The translations under genes were made by a program, and so were the position numbers. From Promethearchaeota archaeon (GTDB taxonomy: Archaea; Asgardarchaeota; Thorarchaeia; Thorarchaeales; Thorarchaeaceae): a stretch of 39,106 bases of DNA. The stretch lies in assembly GCA_048939765.1 (NCBI GenBank), contig JBHLPF010000013.1, positions 1-39,106 on the forward strand, written 5' to 3'. A model generated the notes under the pieces. The model worked only from the letters and a program-made list of their open reading frames with translations, did no database searches and had not been told where the DNA came from. Shown one piece after another: positions 1 through 9,685 of this stretch. Every line of letters begins with the position of its first letter. Position 1 is the stretch's first letter.

Positions 1-3000
1 GTACTGGCGATAAGAATTGTGAATGAGACAATATCGAGGTATGCAGGCTCGTACCCATATTTGCTGATATTGACAACAACAGTATGAAATCCAAGGTCAA
101 ATCGCTTGTCTAGAATGATTCTATAGATTCCAGTTGTGCCAAGAAGTGTTCCCAGAGTTGAATTAACCCAGACTTCCTTCTGAGTAGCTGTATCGATTAA
201 TGTGCCATGCGAATCTCTATACTCGAAGGAGAGAGTAGTTGAGTTATGATATTCAAACTCCTCATAGTCCCAGCTTGGAGTAATCGTTGTTGGTTCTAAG
301 CGAATGGCTAGTGATGTGCTGGGGGTCTGCTCGCCATATCCAAACTTCCATGCGCTGATATTCAATGTATGGCTGCCAAATCCCGGAGGATCATCTGTTC
401 CATCGAACGTAACCTCATAGGATTCTAACAAGCCATTATAGGTGAGATTCCAATGTAGTCCTGAAATCGTGACATTGACAGTCGCATCAGTTATTGCTGT
501 CCCATTGGGAAAAGTATAGCTAACATAAAGCGTGGTGGATTCAAGAAACGTGATGTTATTGCCGTACGTTATTTCCCAACTCAATAATGCATTAGTTGGC
601 TCTGCAGCTATGACCAGCGTATCTCCATATCTGAATCCATCATCGTAACCATATTTGGAAGCTGAAATATTCACGCTGTGGGATCCCAATCCAGGAATCA
701 AGTCTGTGCCATTGAAGGTTATCTCATATATGCTACCGGTCCAACTCAAATTCCATGAGTGAGACCCTATATCTACGACAACATACGCGTCTGGTATTGT
801 CGTACCATTACTCATTGTGTAGTTGATTCGCAAGGTAGTCTTCTGCAAGTATGTAATGGAGGCGCCATTGGACCAAGTGATGAAAAGATAGGTTGACTCC
901 TCGTCGATGATAAGAATCTCAGAAGAATCTTCTTGAACTTCATAACCATATTTCCATGCAGACACAGTGAGGAAATGGATTCCGAATTCGGGTGGATTAT
1001 CAGTACCATTGAATCGAATCTCATACAATTCTAGTCCGGGGTTCCAATGAAGGTCCCAATACTGACCCAATATACTGATACTGACATTCACGGTTGCGTC
1101 AGTGAGGGGTGTCCCATCAAGCATAGTATAGTTAGCATACAAAGTCGTGTATTCTACAAATGTTATGATGTTATCATGAGTGCTTTCCCATGTCAGAATC
1201 AATTGTGAGGACTCTGGATCTATTGTGAGAGATTGTGTGCCATTGGAATTGCCTGCAAATCCGAGTTTTGATGCTTGAACTGTGATAGCATATGTCCCCA
1301 CCCCAGGAATTGGGTCTGTGCCATTGAATATGATTTCATGAAAGCCCGAACTTGCATTCCATCGAACGGGCCAAGAATGAATACCAATGTACACTACCAC
1401 ATTCGCCTCAGAGATGGAAGTTAAGTTGCTCATACGATAATCCACTTGCATAATCGTGCTCTGTAGGTATGTGATAGTGTCTGACGGTGACCATGAGATC
1501 ACTATGCTCGTCGGTTCAGGTGCTATGACAAGTGTTTGAGTGTCTGACCTATTCTCGTAGCCATATTTCCAAGCTGAGATAATGAGAGTGTGAGCTGCAA
1601 GACCTGGTGGGTCGTCTGAACCGTTGAACCTTATTCTATATGTTCCATCAGTACTATTCCACCATAAGTCCCAGGTTTCATCAATTATGGTCACATTGAC
1701 TGTTGCACCTATGATTGGGGTTGTATTTGTTAGAGCATAGGTGACTATCAACTGCGTTTCTTCGACATATGTTATGAAACCCTCTTCCACAGTACTGGAT
1801 ATTGTAGTAGGCTCATAATCAATTGTCAGGGTTTGACCTACATTCTGTTTATTCTGAAAATGCGCTTTCCCGGCTTTGATGATGAGGCTATGCAAACCAA
1901 AGCCTAGTTCTATGTCTGTCCCATTGAAAATAATGGTGTAGTACGCCCCGCTCCATGTGAGATTCCAGGTCTTGGTTCCGATTGTGACATTGACAATTGC
2001 ATCGAGAATAGATGTGCCATTGTTCATCTCGTAGAAAACTTGCAGCTCAGTATATTCTAGGTATGTGATAGAGTTGAAATTTGGTGCGGTCCATGATGCA
2101 CTCAAATCAGTTCCCTCAAGGGTTATGATGAGTGATTGTGACCAATTGATTGCAGATTCAAATCCATAGGCTGAGGCAGTAACGTTCAGTGGATGGGTGC
2201 CCAAACCTGGAATTGCATCTGACCCGTTGAACCTTATTCCGTATGCCTGCTGTGTGCTGTTCCAGAGAAGATCCCAAGAATCGCTACCTATCGTGACATT
2301 CAGTGTTGCACCTGGTATTATGGACGAGTTGCTCATTCTATAATACACAAAGAAGTATGTGTACTCGAAGTAGGTAATATTGTCAGCAGGCAGCCAGGAG
2401 TAGGTTAGGTGAGTTGGCTCCTCTTCGATAACAAGAGTCTGTGATGTGTCTACTGATTCAATGAATCCATATTTCCAAGCACTTATGGTCAGGGCATGGG
2501 TTCCTAGGAACGGGCTGTCTGTTCCATTGAATGTCAGCTTGTAGGCACTGTCAAAACCATCCCAGGTCATATCCCATGTTTCGCCACTGATGGTTACGTT
2601 GACCATCGCGTTTTCGATGTCTGTACTATTACTCATCCTATAATGAACTACCAAGGTTGTCCGATTCACATAACGGATAGTGGAGCCATCTGGCCAATCT
2701 GTTGTTAGCGTTGTGGGATCTCTCCGTATGACGATACTTGTGGTATCAGAATTCCCCTGAAAGCCATGTTTCCATGCCTGGACAGAAAGGCTGTGATTCC
2801 CAAATTCTGGCGGGTTGTCCGTGCCATTGAAAACAATCCAGTATCTCTGCAAGCCGATATCCCAATTGAGGTTCAGAGTCGTAGTGCCAAACGTGACATT
2901 GACTGTCGAGAGCTGAATGGGTGTGTTGTCCAATATTGTGAAGTTAGCATAGAGCGTGGTCTGCTGGATGTACGTGATATTGTTGAGATATGGAGCAGAC

Positions 3001-5570
3001 CAATAGAGTACTATGGTTGTTGGTTCTTCTCGAATTGTGAGATTGATGCTTGAGTCTGATGCGTCATCGTATCCATATAGCGTAGCCTGAATGAGTAGAT
3101 AATGAGTACCTAATCCAGTAGATGCATCGGTCCCATTGAATTGAATCTCATAGGCTTTGCTACCACTATTCCACGTGAGATTCCAAGTTGTTAATCCAAT
3201 TGTTACATTCAATTCAGCGTCTTGTATCTCCGTGCTAGTGCTGTTGCTCAGATACTTGACAGAAAGGATAGTGCTGTCGAGGTATGTTATGTTGTTGGTA
3301 TTGGACCAACTCACTTCCAGTGACGTGCCCTCTCTATCTATGGTCAGATTCTGCGGATAGCCTGATTGTGGTTCGTAGCCACTTTTCCATGCATTTATCG
3401 TGATATTGTGAGAACCAAATCCAGGCGGATTATCGGAACCGTTGAATCGAATTCGATATGATCCATCAAGCTGCTGCGTCAGGTTCCATGTCTTGATTCC
3501 AATTGTTGCATTGACCTGAGCATTGGTCACATTGTTTCCATTTGTTCTTCTATATACAACAATGAGTTCCGAGCTCTCAACATATGTTATATTCGGTCCA
3601 TTTGACCATGAGAAATCCAGGGCCTGTGTGTCATGGATTAGAGTCACCTTAATGACTCGACTCACATTCTCAAATGCAAATCCCTCACCATATATAACTA
3701 AGTCATAGGTTTCTGGGCTCCTGCCTGTGGTGTCTATTATGCCACTCCATGTGCCATTGGCATGGTCTGTCATCGTAATATTGTTGCCTCCGGCAAAAGA
3801 GTAGGTTACTTCTGCGAATGCTCCATCAAGATACTGCGGTGTATAGCTATCTCTGAAGAACACACTGAATGAGAAGGTGCTGTCAGTGAATGCATCGATA
3901 GTTGAAACAGATGTCAGTTCAGTCGGATAGACAATCACGACGTCAAGTGTGCGATAGCCGGCCTCAGTGCCATTGCTCCAGAATACGGCAACCGTGTGAA
4001 TTCCATTCTCATCATGGTCTGTTCCAGTATTCCAGCTATGATGACCAAGCCCTGCAGTGACGGTGGCATTAGCAGGGGCATATGCTGTCACGCCCGAATG
4101 GATAACTGTGAGGTTGACTGAGCCCGTGGTGGCCGCGTCAAGAGTTGGGCTCTCAACCGTTGTATTGACATCCAGAACTGTTCCAACATTAGCTGAATGA
4201 ACAACTGCACTGTCATCAGATGAGTCATACAACGCCACATTCGATACATAATTTGGCGCAATTGAAGATAGAACCCAGCTCTCTGTGCCCACATTGCTGC
4301 AGATCACTACATCTCCGGCTCTTGAGTACTGACTATGATTTAGGCTTGGATTCGTGGCATTATACAGTCCAGAAACCGTCCAATCAGCAGGTATAGTGAA
4401 GTTCAAGTAACGCTTAATTTGCCCGCTCAAGCTGGGATACGTGACAGATATCGAAGAGTTCCATTCAACTTGTCCTCCAGAAGCATCCACTTCCCAATCG
4501 GTGGTTCCTTCTTCATTCCTAGAATACCATAGAGTAATGCTGTAATCGAGATCAACTGATTGATTCGCGGATAGTGTAATTGCCGAGATATTCTGTGCAA
4601 AGGTTGCTGAATTCCAAGCATCATTGACAAATGCAGTGGAGTTGCATTCCAAGCTCACGTCGCTCGTTGTGCTGTAAACTTGGGCTGAGTTGGTGTCAAT
4701 GTCCCATGGTATGTATGTGTAATTCAGCAATGCCTCATAGGAAACGCTGAACCAATCTAAGATTTCAGTGCTATATATTCTGGTGGCATAGGATCCTGCT
4801 GCTGACTCCACGCCCCAATAGATAATCGGATAATCATAAGAGATTGTATCTTCGTGCAAGTCGGTGCCATTTATGACTGTATAATAGACAGTATTCTGAG
4901 TGAGATTGATATTCTCGCCGTCAACGGTTGTCCACGCAAAAGCTGAATCGTGAGGAGACATGGCTTCAGGAGTTGTCAGGCCGCCGGAGCTATCACGGTA
5001 GTCATCGCTGATTACCAAATAAGACGTGCCTCTCAAAGCAGTGTTGTAGTACTCCGTAGAGTATGATAGGGAATAATTCAACAGGGATCCATTGTGCGGC
5101 TTATTGTAAAATCCATTTGCGAGCTGGGTATAATAGAAATTGGGTATATACTCCTCTATTCTGAAATCTTGACCTGGAATGGAAGCTACACCGACCACCT
5201 CTCTTTCTGGGGCTGCCGTGACGCTCTGAGCATCAATTTCCACTTTATAGAGCAACCACCCGGATTCTAGATATTCAGAGAGATCAAGCAACATTTCGTG
5301 AGTATCAGGGCTTGTGTAACTGTTGAGGATGGAGACTTGCTGACTTCCAATGGTGCGTGACATATAGGCTGTACTGACTTGTTCTTCTCCTTCCCCTGAT
5401 GCAGATGAAGGTGTAAAGGCATTTTCTAGTAGCTTGTTAACTGAGCTAACTGCGGGGAAAGAATCAGTTCTCATCTCTAGAGATGCTGGCTGTGCAAAGG
5501 ATGCAAGTAGCATAAGAAGCAGCGGAATAACTACTCTTGAGCATCTCTTGAGAGAGGACTTCTTATGCAG
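1..5570 (-). CDS. Giant secreted/cell-surface glycoprotein with tandem Ig-like ~100-aa repeats (3' end runs off the window; >1850 aa)
   Basis: The minus-strand frame gave coherent protein where I spot-checked it: 5570 (LHKKSSLKRCSRVVIPLLLMLLASFAQPA, signal-peptide-like), ~800 (YTMSNGTTIPDAYV) and 1-70 (VNISKYGYEPAYLDIVSFTILIAS). Its absence from the ORF track fits an ORF with no stop in the window. The start (CTG 5570, after GGATGGTG) is uncertain. Confidence 0.85.
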   Translation of the reverse strand, partial: MHKKSSLKRCSRVVIPLLLMLLASFAQPASLEMRTDSFPAVSSVNKLLENAFTPSSASGEGEEQVSTAYMSRTIGSQQVSILNSYTSPDTHEMLLDLSEYLESGWLLYKVEIDAQSVTAAPEREVVGVASIPGQDFRIEEYIPNFYYTQLANGFYNKPHNGSLLNYSLSYSTEYYNTALRGTSYLVISDDYRDSSGGLTTPEAMSPHDSAFAWTTVDGENINLTQNTVYYTVINGTDLHEDTISYDYPIIYWGVESAAGSYATRIYSTEILDWFSVSYEALLNYTYIPWDIDTNSAQVYSTTSDVSLECNSTAFVNDAWNSATFAQNISAITLSANQSVDLDYSITLWYSRNEEGTTDWEVDASGGQVEWNSSISVTYPSLSGQIKRYLNFTIPADWTVSGLYNATNPSLNHSQYSRAGDVVICSNVGTESWVLSSIAPNYVSNVALYDSSDDSAVVHSANVGTVLDVNTTVESPTLDAATTGSVNLTVIHSGVTAYAPANATVTAGLGHHSWNTGTDHDENGIHTVAVFWSNGTEAGYRTLDVVIVYPTELTSVSTIDAFTDSTFSFSVFFRDSYTPQYLDGAFAEVTYSFAGGNNITMTDHANGTWSGIIDTTGRSPETYDLVIYGEGFAFENVSRVIKVTLIHDTQALDFSWSNGPNITYVESSELIVVYRRTNGNNVTNAQVNATIGIKTWNLTQQLDGSYRIRFNGSDNPPGFGSHNITINAWKSGYEPQSGYPQNLTIDREGTSLEVSWSNTNNITYLDSTILSVKYLSNSTSTEIQDAELNVTIGLTTWNLTWNSGSKAYEIQFNGTDASTGLGTHYLLIQATLYGYDDASDSSINLTIREEPTTIVLYWSAPYLNNITYIQQTTLYANFTILDNTPIQLSTVNVTFGTTTLNLNWDIGLQRYWIVFNGTDNPPEFGNHSLSVQAWKHGFQGNSDTTSIVIRRDPTTLTTDWPDGSTIRYVNRTTLVVHYRMSNSTDIENAMVNVTISGETWDMTWDGFDSAYKLTFNGTDSPFLGTHALTISAWKYGFIESVDTSQTLVIEEEPTHLTYSWLPADNITYFEYTYFFVYYRMSNSSIIPGATLNVTIGSDSWDLLWNSTQQAYGIRFNGSDAIPGLGTHPLNVTASAYGFESAINWSQSLIITLEGTDLSASWTAPNFNSITYLEYTELQVFYEMNNGTSILDAIVNVTIGTKTWNLTWSGAYYTIIFNGTDIELGFGLHSLIIKAGKAHFQNKQNVGQTLTIDYEPTTISSTVEEGFITYVEETQLIVTYALTNTTPIIGATVNVTIIDETWDLWWNSTDGTYRIRFNGSDDPPGLAAHTLIISAWKYGYENRSDTQTLVIAPEPTSIVISWSPSDTITYLQSTIMQVDYRMSNLTSISEANVVVYIGIHSWPVRWNASSGFHEIIFNGTDPIPGVGTYAITVQASKLGFAGNSNGTQSLTIDPESSQLILTWESTHDNIITFVEYTTLYANYTMLDGTPLTDATVNVSISILGQYWDLHWNPGLELYEIRFNGTDNPPEFGIHFLTVSAWKYGYEVQEDSSEILIIDEESTYLFITWSNGASITYLQKTTLRINYTMSNGTTIPDAYVVVDIGSHSWNLSWTGSIYEITFNGTDLIPGLGSHSVNISASKYGYDDGFRYGDTLVIAAEPTNALLSWEITYGNNITFLESTTLYVSYTFPNGTAITDATVNVTISGLHWNLTYNGLLESYEVTFDGTDDPPGFGSHTLNISAWKFGYGEQTPSTSLAIRLEPTTITPSWDYEEFEYHNSTTLSFEYRDSHGTLIDTATQKEVWVNSTLGTLLGTTGIYRIILDKRFDLGFHTVVVNISKYGYEPAYLDIVSFTILIAS
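300..3640 (-). repeat. 11 tandem ~300-nt (~100-aa) degenerate protein repeats
   Basis: F[ND]G[TS]D motif near 400, 710, 1005, 1320, 1620, 1920, 2220, 2520, 2820, 3130 and 3435. Each unit also has ITY, VNVTI, W-x-L-x-W, G-x-H-x-L and K-x-G[YF] motifs. Boundaries approximate. Confidence 0.85.
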
Positions 5571-5727
5571 AAGCGTACACCATCCATTGTTTCTATCTTG
5601 AAGACAGGTCACCAGCAATCCATCATTTATAGATGGTCCAATAGCCTGACAATCCCTTAATTTAATCACTACATCGATATTTCAAGCTGTCTTGGGTTGA
5701 TTCCTTTCGATTTTACGAATCCAGTAC

Positions 5728-6246
5728 TTAAGTATAGTAGGACGGTCCGGAGTCGGGCGTTTCTGTGGGTGGCTTCATTCCCGCTTGTCCAGTGACCTCA
5801 TTCAGTATTGCTATCGACATATCGACAGCTGAATGAAGCTTTCTCATCACCTCCCAGAGGCGGTCTTCACTGAATCCGTCGTCATAGATTCTGTCTGAAA
5901 CCACAAATCCTGGGCCAGGGGGCTTAGGCCCCTGTTGTGCAGGATTCGGTCTGATGAACCCAAGCTGAACCCCGTGTGTAAAACTGAACTTCACTGCTTG
6001 TATTTGAAACTCGCGCATCTTCTCCGCATTCAGGACCTTCAAGTGTTGTGGTGAAATCATCACTTGCGATTCCAATTGAATGAAATTCTGTTCGTTAGGT
6101 CTTACCACTGTGAAGAAGAATCGCTGGAACTTCACCTTGAACAGAAATTCCGCTCGAGGGTTTGAGATGGTCTCCAATTTAGAACCCTCTTTTCTGAACC
6201 AATTCTTCACAGCTTTCTTGATGCGTTTTGAGGGGGTTTCAGACAA
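5728..6246 (-). CDS. DUF2299-like conserved archaeal protein
   Basis: Motifs W-x3-EG, ISPQH and RIYDDG-x-S-x-DR recall DUF2299. Likely TTG start at 6246 (MSETPSKR) within ORF 5728..6288. Confidence 0.6.
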   Translation of the reverse strand: MSETPSKRIKKAVKNWFRKEGSKLETISNPRAEFLFKVKFQRFFFTVVRPNEQNFIQLESQVMISPQHLKVLNAEKMREFQIQAVKFSFTHGVQLGFIRPNPAQQGPKPPGPGFVVSDRIYDDGFSEDRLWEVMRKLHSAVDMSIAILNEVTGQAGMKPPTETPDSGPSYYT

Positions 6247-6311
6247 ATTATCTCTCTCCAACTCACGTTGACATCTTTCCGCTATCACTTAACGCTTATG
6301 CTGAGGCTGAA

Positions 6312-7115
6312 TCACCCCTTGAACCACTGAGCTTTGTCATAGCCTTCGGGTGCCATATCAGCGTAGCATGTAATCTGCTCCCGAACTGACTTGATCATGG
6401 CTGTATCTATCTGGGAAGTGAACACCTCGTTCTCAGAATTGATTCGCGTGAACCGTACCCCCCAAGGGTCCACAACTTGGCTGTGTCCAAAGTAGGTCTT
6501 TCCATCAAACGAGGGACCGACTCTGTTAGCTGCAGCAACGAACAGTTGATTCTCAATTGCTCTGGCCATCACCAGATTGTCCCAGTGAGCCACCCTTGGA
6601 TCTGGGAACGCAGCAGGTATCAGGATTAACTCTGCACCCTCAAGAGCAAGCTTTCTGGAAACTTCTGGAAATCGAACATCATAGCATATCTCGACGCCCA
6701 CCTTGACACCCTTGATATCGAGGAGCGTGAGCATGTTTCCTCCGGCAAATACCTCTCTCTCGCTCTGGAACGGGTGAATTTTCCTATAGGTCCCAATGGT
6801 CTTTCCTTCAGGTGATGCCACCACCAAGGTGTTGAAGAATAGTGACTCAGTCCCTTCAAGCCCTGTACCAACCACGTAGCTGGAATACTCTTCTGCTAGA
6901 TTCTGCACGAATACACTTGTCGGTCCTGGAATTCCTGCTCCAGCCTCAGAATAGTCCTCATATCTGAATCCAATATCGAATAACTCTGGAAGCACTATGA
7001 ATTCCAGATTCTCTGTGCTCTTGTGATTCTGCAGAAGCCCTCTTGCCCATTCATAGTTTGCTTCCCTGTCGCCCTCAACACAGGGCATTTGTACCAACGT
7101 CAACTGGAGTTTCAT
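6312..7115 (-). CDS. Carbon-nitrogen hydrolase (nitrilase superfamily, omega-amidase/Nit-like)
   Basis: Glu-Lys-Cys triad motifs VLPELF, YRKIH, ICYDVRFPE, plus ARAIENQ and GHSQVVDPWG. ATG at 7115 (MKLQLTLVQM). Confidence 0.92.
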   Translation of the reverse strand: MKLQLTLVQMPCVEGDREANYEWARGLLQNHKSTENLEFIVLPELFDIGFRYEDYSEAGAGIPGPTSVFVQNLAEEYSSYVVGTGLEGTESLFFNTLVVASPEGKTIGTYRKIHPFQSEREVFAGGNMLTLLDIKGVKVGVEICYDVRFPEVSRKLALEGAELILIPAAFPDPRVAHWDNLVMARAIENQLFVAAANRVGPSFDGKTYFGHSQVVDPWGVRFTRINSENEVFTSQIDTAMIKSVREQITCYADMAPEGYDKAQWFKG

Positions 7116-7268
7116 CGAGAACCATCTCTCTTCAAACACTGAGTGCTTCTCAACAACACACCTGACACTTAAGCTTGACCAAAGGAGCCCGAATTTTGGA
7201 CTCATCATAATCCTAATATGGCTCATTCCCGCGTGGTGTCATACTGGCTCCCAACGGATGTCTGATTT

Positions 7269-7580
7269 ATGGTCAATGAAGTCAACACCGAGCCGAAGAA
7301 ACGGGCTGATATGCCGAAGACCTCGTTTTCCAGGCCCACTGTCGGAGCGACTGGTGAAACAGGAAGCTGGAGAACGTTCTCTCCGAGAATCGATTATGAG
7401 CGCTGTAATAAGTGCCGCACATGTTGGCTCCACTGTCCCGAGGCTGTAATATCCATTGATGATGAAGGATTTCCCCGAATTGATATGGATTACTGCAAGG
7501 GATGTGGTATTTGCGCTCAAGTCTGTCCACCAGAATGCATAGAGATGATTAGAGAGGGAGAAGAGGAGGCTGCTACATGA
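7269..7580 (+). CDS. porD: 2-oxoacid:ferredoxin oxidoreductase delta subunit (2x[4Fe-4S])
   Basis: TGSWRT motif; CNKCRTCWLHCP and CKGCGICAQVCP; overlaps the alpha gene (ATGA). Confidence 0.9.
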   Translation: MVNEVNTEPKKRADMPKTSFSRPTVGATGETGSWRTFSPRIDYERCNKCRTCWLHCPEAVISIDDEGFPRIDMDYCKGCGICAQVCPPECIEMIREGEEEAAT

Positions 7581-8755
7581 AGACCAAGCTAATGAGTGCG
7601 AACTATGCAGCAGCACGAGCAGTGGTTTCTGCACGCGTCGAGGTCGTTGCTGCATATCCAATTACCCCTGCAACAACCGTGCCTGAACAGGTCGCATTGT
7701 TGAGTGAAGAGGGCGTATTCAAGGGTGAGTTCATACGTGTCGAGTCCGAGCATTCTGCTATGTTTGCATGCATAGGTGCAAGTTCCACGGGGGCACGAGC
7801 GTTCACTGCAACGTCATCCAATGGTCTGCTCCTGATGGATGAGGGCCTTCATTGGGCTGCTGCAGCACGATTGCCCATCGTGATTGCTAACATCAATCGG
7901 TCTGTTTCGCCAAGCTGGAACATCCATGTTACACATGACGACAGTATGAGTAAGCGTGACACCGGTTGGATTCAGTTCTATACAGCCAGTGTGGATGAAT
8001 TGTATCACACAATTATCCAGGCGTTCAAGCTCGCTGAGGATGAACGCGTGCTCCTACCTGTGATGGTGAATGCAGATGGTTTTGTACTTAGTCATACATT
8101 ATCAACCTACGACTATCTAGAGCCTGAGGAAGTGGACAAATTCCTCAAGCCCTACACGCCCCCTCATTGGGTGATGGACCCTGAGAACCCTGTATCTCAT
8201 GGAAACATTGTCTTTCCAGAATTCTATCAGGAGTTTCGTTATGGAATGCACGAATCAGCGATCAACTCTCTGAAGGTCTATGAAGAGGTTGAGAAGGAAT
8301 ACAAGAAGCTCTTTGGCAAGTACTTTGGAGGTCCAATTGACTGTTACAAATGTGATGATGCTGATGTGATTTTCACTTCTCAAGGCTCAGTTGGTGCGGA
8401 GGCAAAGGATGCCATTGATGAACTCCGTGAGGAGGGATACAAAGTAGGAAATGCTAGAATGCGAATTGTCAGGCCATTCCCTGTGGATAAGATTCGAGAA
8501 CTGGGATCAAAGGTCAAGGGCATTGCTGCATTTGACAGAGGAGCATCCTATGGATTCGCTGGACATGTGGCGGGAGATATCCGATCAAGCCTTTACAATT
8601 CGAAGCATAGGCCTCTAGTGATTGACTATATCGGCGGCATGGGTGGCCGCGATGTCACAGTTGATGACATCAAAGAGATGTTGACTAATACGGTGAATTA
8701 TGTGGAGTCAGGTGAGCCAGCCCCTGAGCAGATCTGGCACGACCTCCTGGAGTGA
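7577..8755 (+). CDS. porA: Pyruvate/2-ketoisovalerate-type ferredoxin oxidoreductase alpha subunit
   Basis: YPITP, VESEHSA, TATSS, RLPIV, DGFVLSH, RPFP and GGRD motifs. Substrate specificity cannot be determined. Confidence 0.92.
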   Translation: MKTKLMSANYAAARAVVSARVEVVAAYPITPATTVPEQVALLSEEGVFKGEFIRVESEHSAMFACIGASSTGARAFTATSSNGLLLMDEGLHWAAAARLPIVIANINRSVSPSWNIHVTHDDSMSKRDTGWIQFYTASVDELYHTIIQAFKLAEDERVLLPVMVNADGFVLSHTLSTYDYLEPEEVDKFLKPYTPPHWVMDPENPVSHGNIVFPEFYQEFRYGMHESAINSLKVYEEVEKEYKKLFGKYFGGPIDCYKCDDADVIFTSQGSVGAEAKDAIDELREEGYKVGNARMRIVRPFPVDKIRELGSKVKGIAAFDRGASYGFAGHVAGDIRSSLYNSKHRPLVIDYIGGMGGRDVTVDDIKEMLTNTVNYVESGEPAPEQIWHDLLE

Positions 8756-9666
8756 TTAAGATGGTAACAACAAAAGAAATGCCCCTAAAGGAATACGTAC
8801 TCAAGGGTAATGCGGCATGTGCCGGCTGCCAAGACATGGTTGCACTCCGTCATGCGCATAAGGCTCTAGATGGAGATGTTATTCAGGTCGTCCCGGCGTG
8901 TTGCACAAGCGTTGTTCAGTCACTCTGGCCCAAGTCAGGTCTTGCCATTCCAGTGCTTAACACAGCATTCATGGCCTCAGCCGCCACCGCATCTGGTGTC
9001 AAGGCCGCATTGCGTGCAAAAGGCAATGACCATACACAGGTCATGGTGTGGGCGGGAGATGGTGGCACCTTTGACATTGGCCTTCAGGCTTTGAGTGGAG
9101 CATTTGAGCGGAGAACAGACATGCTCTATGTCTGCTACAACAACCAGGTCTATTCCAATACAGGCACTCAACGCTCAGGAGCTACTCCTCTTCATGCAGA
9201 GACGACTACAACCTGGTACGGTAAGACCGAACCTGAGAAGATGCTTGACCTGATAGTTGCAGCACATGAACCAGTCTACCAAGCCACTGCAAACTCATCC
9301 TATCCAAGAGACCTCTATGACAAGGTCAAGCGAGCCAGCGAGATTGAGGGGCCCAAGTTTATTCACATCTTCCTACCTTGTCCTCAAGCATGGAACTATC
9401 CAGTTGAGAGAGGTGTGGAAATCGGAAAGCTTGCAGTAGAAACTGGCTATTGGATTATGTGGGAACGCATTGGCGACGAGTTCAAACTTGGTCGTGAGAG
9501 CAAGAGGTTCCAGGATCCTGCAAAGCGAAAACCCATTGAAGAGTTTCTCCAACTGCAAGGTCGCTTCTCCAAGCTCTTCAAACCCACGAAGGATGAGAAG
9601 AAGATCAAAGAACTTCAGGACTTTGTCCAACATAGATGGGACCTTGTGATGCGCACATTCACATGA
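8752..9666 (+). CDS. porB: 2-oxoacid:ferredoxin oxidoreductase beta subunit (TPP-binding)
   Basis: ACAGC, GDG...NN TPP motif, NTGTQRSGATP and PCP. Start is GTG 8752 or ATG 8761. Confidence 0.92.
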   Translation: MIKMVTTKEMPLKEYVLKGNAACAGCQDMVALRHAHKALDGDVIQVVPACCTSVVQSLWPKSGLAIPVLNTAFMASAATASGVKAALRAKGNDHTQVMVWAGDGGTFDIGLQALSGAFERRTDMLYVCYNNQVYSNTGTQRSGATPLHAETTTTWYGKTEPEKMLDLIVAAHEPVYQATANSSYPRDLYDKVKRASEIEGPKFIHIFLPCPQAWNYPVERGVEIGKLAVETGYWIMWERIGDEFKLGRESKRFQDPAKRKPIEEFLQLQGRFSKLFKPTKDEKKIKELQDFVQHRWDLVMRTFT

Positions 9667-9685
9667 ATACAGACTTGACAACCTG

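Noticed and set aside
300-3640. CRISPR array or DNA-level tandem repeat
   Set aside because: The periodicity is ~300 nt and conserved at protein level only. No identical short repeats with spacers were seen anywhere in the window.
812-4630. Small ORFs in the track within 1-5.6 kb, and the many antisense ORFs elsewhere
   Set aside because: They are shadow frames of longer genes with clear family motifs.
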